A DNA stretch of 42,209 nt from assembly GCA_001767945.1 (NCBI GenBank), contig MEMN01000233.1, positions 1 through 42,209 on the forward strand, written 5' to 3'. The stretch's first letter is position 1. Each line of letters opens with the position of its first letter. Below are positions 35,351 to 42,209 of the stretch, piece after piece. The notes below the pieces were generated by a model. The model was given only the letters and a program-made list of their open reading frames with translations, had not been told where the DNA came from and searched no databases. The position numbers were made by a program, and so were the translations under genes. Origin of the DNA: Alphaproteobacteria bacterium RIFCSPHIGHO2_12_FULL_66_14. Lineage in GTDB: Bacteria > Pseudomonadota > Alphaproteobacteria > Reyranellales > Reyranellaceae.

Positions 35351-35376
35351 AAACGGGGCCCCGCGGGGCCCCGTTT
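35351..35376. repeat. Perfect 26-bp palindrome between dnaA and dnaN
   Basis: AAACGGGGCCCCGCGGGGCCCCGTTT equals its own reverse complement. Confidence 0.8.
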
Positions 35377-35443
35377 GCATGAACGAGGCAGCCCCTAAAC
35401 GCCTCAAATTACGGGCGAAATCGCTTTCCGCCGGCAGCGCGCG

Positions 35444-35452
35444 TGGTATAGT
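35444..35452 (+). promoter_or_regulatory. Extended -10 promoter element upstream of dnaN
   Basis: TGgTATAGT about 90 bp upstream of the dnaN ATG. Confidence 0.55.
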
Positions 35453-35539
35453 CTCCGACCGTTCCGCCGGGGTGTTTCGCAGCCTGGGAAACGGGGTGTC
35501 TAAACCGCATTTTTGGCCCCTCGTTACAGCGACCAAATC

Positions 35540-36658
35540 ATGAAACTGACGATCGAACGGGCAGCCCTCCTGAAGGCGCTGGCACATGTGCAAAGTGTGG
35601 TCGAACGGCGGAACACGATCCCGATTCTGTCCAACGTCCTGATCACCGCCCAAAAGGGGCGGCTGAGCCTGGCGGCGACCGACATGGACCTCGCCATCAC
35701 CGAATCGGTCGAGGCGAACGCCAGCAAGAACGGCTCCACGACCGCCCCCGCCCACACGCTCTACGAGATCGTCCGCAAGCTGCCGGACGGCGCGCAGGTC
35801 GAACTGGAGACGGCATCCGATGGCGGCAGCCTGGTGATCCGGGCCGGCCGCTCCCGCTTCACGCTGCAGTGCCTGCCGCCGGCCGATTTTCCGGCGATGA
35901 GCGAGGGCGATCTGCCGCACCGCTTCCAGCTGCCCGCGACCGACCTCAAGGGCATCATCGACCGCACGCGGTTCGCCATCTCGAACGAGGAAACGCGCTA
36001 CTACCTGAACGGCATCTACTTCCACGCCGCGACGTCGGGCGGCACCCAGGTGTTGCGCGGCGTGGCCACCGACGGCCATCGCCTCGCCCGGGTGGAAGTG
36101 CCGCTGCCCAAGGGCGCCGGCGAGATTCCCGGTGTGATCGTGCCGCGCAAGACGGTGGGCGAGGTCCGCAAGCTCCTTGATGAAAGCGACGGCTCGGTCG
36201 ACATCGAGCTCTCGGACACGCGGATTCGCTTCGCCAGCGGCAATGTCACCCTGGTCAGCAAGCTGATCGACGGCACGTTCCCCGACTACGAACGCGTCAT
36301 CCCGACCGGCAACGATAAGATCCTGAACGTGCCGTGCAAGGAGTTCGCCCACGCCGTCGACCGCGTCTCGACCATCTCCACCGAGAAGTCGCGCGCCATC
36401 AAGCTCGCGGTCGCCAACGGCGTGGTCACGCTTTCGGCGACCAGCCCCGATGCCGGCAGCGCCACCGAAGAAATCGAGGTCGAGTACAAGGCCGCCGCAC
36501 TGGAGATCGGCTTCAACTCGCGCTACCTGCTGGACATAACCGAACAGATTGCGGGCGCCGAGGCGCGCTTCCTGATGGCCGACGCCGGTTCACCCACCCT
36601 GGTGCGTGACGGCGCCGACGAGAGCGCACTCTACGTGCTCATGCCGATGCGGGTATGA
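35540..36658 (+). CDS. dnaN: DNA polymerase III beta sliding clamp
   Basis: RRNTIPILSN, EETRYYLNG, ATDGHRLA, LIDGTFPDY, IGFN and VLMPMRV motifs. Confidence 0.97.
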   Translation: MKLTIERAALLKALAHVQSVVERRNTIPILSNVLITAQKGRLSLAATDMDLAITESVEANASKNGSTTAPAHTLYEIVRKLPDGAQVELETASDGGSLVIRAGRSRFTLQCLPPADFPAMSEGDLPHRFQLPATDLKGIIDRTRFAISNEETRYYLNGIYFHAATSGGTQVLRGVATDGHRLARVEVPLPKGAGEIPGVIVPRKTVGEVRKLLDESDGSVDIELSDTRIRFASGNVTLVSKLIDGTFPDYERVIPTGNDKILNVPCKEFAHAVDRVSTISTEKSRAIKLAVANGVVTLSATSPDAGSATEEIEVEYKAAALEIGFNSRYLLDITEQIAGAEARFLMADAGSPTLVRDGADESALYVLMPMRV

Positions 36659-37920
36659 CCGCACAGCCCGGTAGCACCTGCGCCCTTTCCCCCGACGCCC
36701 GTTCCGGTTCCGGTCCCGCGCCGGCCAACCGGGCCGAGTCTTCCGCGCGGTCCATGCTGGCCGTCCGCCAGCTTCGCCTCACCGATTTCCGCAATTACCG
36801 CCAGCTTCGTCTCGACTGCGGCCTCGAGCCGGTGGTGCTGGTGGGCGGCAATGGCGCCGGCAAGACCAACCTCCTGGAGGCGCTGTCGTTCCTGGCGCCG
36901 GGCCGGGGGCTGCGCCGGGCTCGCCTTGACGATGTCAGCCACCGCCAAATGCGCGGGGAATCTGGCGGCGAAGACCCCGCCACCGCCACAGGAGCAACGA
37001 ACTGGGCGGTCGCCGCCACGCTCGATACGCCGGAAGGTCGTCTCGTCATCGGCACTGGGCTGGAGCCGGGTCGCGGCGAAAGCAGCCCCTCGCGCCGGGT
37101 CGTGCGAATCGACGGCCGGCCGGCCGCTAGCCAGACCGCGCTCGGCCTGCATGTCGCCGCCGTCTGGCTGACTCCGCAGCTTGACCGCTTGTTTCTCGAC
37201 GGGCCGGGGGAGCGCCGGCGGTTCCTCGACCGGCTCGTGACCGCGCTGCACCCCCAGCATGCGGGCGACGTGGCTGCCTATGAGAATGCGCTGCGCCAGC
37301 GCGCCCGCGTCCTGGCCGACGGCGGCCGCGACCCGCACTGGTTCACTGCGCTGGAAGACACCATGGCCCGCCACGGCGTGGCGCTCGCCGCCGCCCGGGC
37401 CGACACGGTCCACCGTCTCGACGCGGCGGCGCGGCTGGGCATCGGTCCCTTCCCGCGCGCGGCACTTGCCATGGCGGGCGAGGTCGACGGCTGGCTCGAC
37501 ACCATGGCGGCGCTCGATGCCGAGGATCGCCTGCGTGCCGAACTGGCGGCAAATCGCTTGCGCGATGCCGAGGCCGGCACCACATCCATTGGGCCGCATC
37601 GCAGCGACCTCGCGGTCCGACACCTCGATCTCGACCTGCCGGCGGCCGAAGGCTCGACGGGGCAGCAAAAGGCCGTATTGGTCTCGATCGCATTGGCCCA
37701 TGCCCGCCTGGTGGCGATGTCGCGCGGCCGGCCGCCGTTGCTGCTGCTCGATGAGATCGCGGCCCATCTCGATGCCGAGCGCCGGACGGCGCTGTTCGAC
37801 GAGGTCGTGGCCCTCGGCGCCCAGAGCTGGATGACGGGCACCGATGCCGAGCTTTTCGCGCCGCTCCGCGGCCGGGCGCAGATCCTGCGCGTGGCCGACG
37901 GGTCCATTGCGGCCATCTGA
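36655..37920 (+). CDS. recF: DNA replication/repair protein RecF
   Basis: FRNY, GGNGAGKTNLLEA, RRRFLD, GPHRSD, STGQQK and LLLDE motifs. Start is 36655 (ATGA overlap) or 36754. Confidence 0.95.
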   Translation: MTAQPGSTCALSPDARSGSGPAPANRAESSARSMLAVRQLRLTDFRNYRQLRLDCGLEPVVLVGGNGAGKTNLLEALSFLAPGRGLRRARLDDVSHRQMRGESGGEDPATATGATNWAVAATLDTPEGRLVIGTGLEPGRGESSPSRRVVRIDGRPAASQTALGLHVAAVWLTPQLDRLFLDGPGERRRFLDRLVTALHPQHAGDVAAYENALRQRARVLADGGRDPHWFTALEDTMARHGVALAAARADTVHRLDAAARLGIGPFPRAALAMAGEVDGWLDTMAALDAEDRLRAELAANRLRDAEAGTTSIGPHRSDLAVRHLDLDLPAAEGSTGQQKAVLVSIALAHARLVAMSRGRPPLLLLDEIAAHLDAERRTALFDEVVALGAQSWMTGTDAELFAPLRGRAQILRVADGSIAAI

Positions 37921-37942
37921 ATCTTTTCGGGAAGTTGGATAG

Positions 37943-40387
<2,445 letters not shown>

Positions 40388-40405
40388 GGGCCAGACCGCC
40401 CCCCC

Positions 40406-40430
40406 CAGCGGCACACGAAATGTGCCGCTG
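40406..40430. other. Perfect 10-bp stem-loop just downstream of gyrB
   Basis: CAGCGGCACA-cgaaa-TGTGCCGCTG with no U tract. It is built from the TGTGCCG repeat unit of the surrounding element. Confidence 0.6.
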
Positions 40431-40568
40431 AAGGATGCCAGGTGTGCCGGACCGTGTGCCGCAAGACCGCGAATCGCCTGCGCTTTCAAGGACTTGCGTC
40501 CATCCGCTGGCACAGGGCCGACGTCCTGTCGCCACTGGCCCGAATCGCGGGGCTGTGCCGCTGCCCAC

Positions 40569-40604
40569 AACGAAACGGCCCGCGCCGGAAAGCCGGGCGG
40601 GCCG
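40569..40604 (-). terminator. Terminator-like bulged hairpin on the minus strand
   Basis: CGGCCCGC-g-CCGG-aaag-CCGG-GCGGGCCG at 40576-40604, followed on the minus strand by TTTCGTT. Confidence 0.55.
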
Positions 40605-40646
40605 CAAGTGACACGAACTTCATCACGATATCGGAAAAATAGCACG

Positions 40647-40670
40647 AAACCTGCTGAACTTGCAAATTTC
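40647..40670 (-). repeat. 24-bp dispersed repeat, copy B; overlaps a minus-strand promoter-like motif (TTGCAA-N18-TATTTT, with extended TG)
   Basis: Identical to 22582-22605. Confidence 0.85.
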
Positions 40671-40672
40671 GA

Positions 40673-41686
40673 CTAGAGGAACTTCTCCTTGATGTCGATG
40701 GTCGAGCGCCGGCCGATGGCGTCGAAGTGGCCTTGCAGCCACTCGTCCGCCGCCTGCCGGCCGATCGCCTTCAGGTGCAGCAGGAAATCCATGCGGGCGT
40801 TGAGCTTGCTCGACACGCCGAGCCCGCGCATCTGCTTCTCCGACTCGATCCAGTGCACATTGACGCGCTTGTAGGCGTTGGAGTCGAGCTTCTGCTCGTC
40901 GATCAGGTCGGTGACGAAGGAGATCGCCCGCATCTCGCGCATCAGCGAGGAATTGAACGAGATCTCGTTCACGCGGTTCATGATCTCCGCCGCCGTGGTC
41001 GGCACGCGGTCGCAGCCCAGCGGATTGATCTGCACGATCACCACGTCCTGAGTCTGGGTGCCGTAGATCAACGGAAAGATCGCGGGATTGCCCATGTAGC
41101 CGCCGTCCCAGTAGGGATCGCCGTCGACGGTGACGGCCTGGAACAGGAACGGCAGGCAGGCCGAGGCCAGCAGCACTTCGGGCGTGATCTCGCCAGACTT
41201 GAAGACCCGCACCTTGCCGCTCTTCACATTGGTCGCGCTGATGAAGAGTTTTACCGCCCGGCAACCTTCGAGGCGCTTGAAGTCCACTGACCGCTCGAGT
41301 ACGCCGCGCAGCGGATTCAGGTTCATCGGGTTGAGCTGATAGGGCGAGAGCATGCGCGTCAGCATGTCGAAGGCCACGAAGGCCGCGGAATGGTCGAGGT
41401 TCCAGCCGCTGGCATAGCGGTCGAACGGCGTCGGCTGCAGCGGGCCGGTCTGCGAGGCCTGACTGATGTTGGCCCAGAAGGCGTCGAGCGCGCGGCGCGC
41501 CTCGTCGCGACCGCCGCGGCCCATGCCATCGGCGAACACGGCGGCGTTCATGGCGCCGGCCGAAGTGCCGGAGATCGCCTCGACCTCGATGCGCTCGTCG
41601 TCGAGCAGGCGGTCGAGCACGCCCCAAGTGTAGGCGCCGTGGGCGCCGCCGCCCTGCAGGGCGAGGTTGATGCGCTTGATTTCCAT
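40673..41686 (-). CDS. Patatin-like phospholipase family protein (possible PHB depolymerase)
   Basis: LALQGGGAHG (oxyanion hole), GTSAG (nucleophile), ASACLP and YWDGG motifs. Confidence 0.88.
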   Translation of the reverse strand: MEIKRINLALQGGGAHGAYTWGVLDRLLDDERIEVEAISGTSAGAMNAAVFADGMGRGGRDEARRALDAFWANISQASQTGPLQPTPFDRYASGWNLDHSAAFVAFDMLTRMLSPYQLNPMNLNPLRGVLERSVDFKRLEGCRAVKLFISATNVKSGKVRVFKSGEITPEVLLASACLPFLFQAVTVDGDPYWDGGYMGNPAIFPLIYGTQTQDVVIVQINPLGCDRVPTTAAEIMNRVNEISFNSSLMREMRAISFVTDLIDEQKLDSNAYKRVNVHWIESEKQMRGLGVSSKLNARMDFLLHLKAIGRQAADEWLQGHFDAIGRRSTIDIKEKFL

Positions 41687-41696
41687 GACGTTCCCC

Positions 41697-42209
41697 TCAG
41701 TGCGCGGTCCAGCCGCCGTCCATGGGCAGCGCCGCGCCGGTCACCGAGGCGCCGTTGTCGGTGCAGAGGAACAGCGCAAGCGCCGCCAGCTCCGCGACCT
41801 CGACGAAGCGCTTGTTGGGCTGGTTCTTCAGCAGCACGTCGGAAATGACCTTCTCGCGATCGATGCCGTGCGCCCTGGCCTGGTCGTCGATCTGCTGCTC
41901 GACCAGCGGCGTGCGCACGTAGCCGGGACAAATGGCGTTGCAGGTGATGCCGTCCTCGGCGGTCTCGAGCGCCGTCACTTTGGTGAGGCCCAGCACGCCG
42001 TGCTTGGCCGCGACGTAGGCCGCCTTGTAGGGCGAGGCGACCAGGGCGTGCGCCGAGGCCACGTTGATGACGCGGCCCCAGCCCTTGCGGCGCATCTGCG
42101 GCAGCACGAGCTTGGTGGCATGGAAGGCGGAGGAAAGGTTGATGGCCAGGATTGCCTCCCACTTCTCGTCGGGAAATTCCTCGATCGGCGCCACGTGCTG
42201 GATGCCGGC
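41697..42209 (-). CDS. bdhA: 3-hydroxybutyrate dehydrogenase (5' end lies outside the window)
   Basis: AGIQHVAPIEEFP, SAHALVASPYKAAYVAAKHG (YxxxK), CPGYVRTPLV and MDGGWTA motifs. Confidence 0.88.
   Translation of the reverse strand, partial: AGIQHVAPIEEFPDEKWEAILAINLSSAFHATKLVLPQMRRKGWGRVINVASAHALVASPYKAAYVAAKHGVLGLTKVTALETAEDGITCNAICPGYVRTPLVEQQIDDQARAHGIDREKVISDVLLKNQPNKRFVEVAELAALALFLCTDNGASVTGAALPMDGGWTAH

Noticed and set aside
32805-35539. oriC next to dnaA
   Set aside because: I found no TTATCCACA/TGATCCACA box cluster or AT-rich unwinding element in either flanking intergenic region.

Overview
A 42.2-kb, very GC-rich, densely coding window from an alphaproteobacterial chromosome. The taxonomy is inferred from gene order, GANTC usage and repeat types; a Reyranella/Rhodospirillales-like host is a guess. 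The right third is the conserved core block yggS-mutM-enoyl-CoA hydratase-rpsT-rhodanese-dnaA-dnaN-recF-gyrB, followed by a convergent bdhA-patatin pair. The left two thirds are metabolic and regulatory genes: a hydroxyproline-catabolism-type operon divergent from two tandem amidohydrolases, an ABC transporter and a racemase-fold protein lacking both catalytic Cys; a NYN protein, a desaturase and an adenylate cyclase; an LLM monooxygenase/MarR unit opposite a shortened di-heme peroxidase-like protein; two LysR-DUF1127 modules, one with a cuckoo/CcsR-like 3' sRNA; a non-canonical LeuCD pair; an M20 hydrolase, a KamA/EpmB protein, a PCu(A)C-like protein, ada and an Smr protein. I saw no tRNA, rRNA, CRISPR array, transposase, integrase or oriC. 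The most unusual signal is non-coding. Two ~300-bp intergenic elements 18 kb apart (22316-22605 and 40388-40670) share an identical 24-bp sequence that forms part of a sigma70-like promoter. Each promoter points into a structurally conserved bulged hairpin with a U tract, followed by phased short direct repeats and an IHF-like site. This suggests a dispersed element family that may express very short RNAs.
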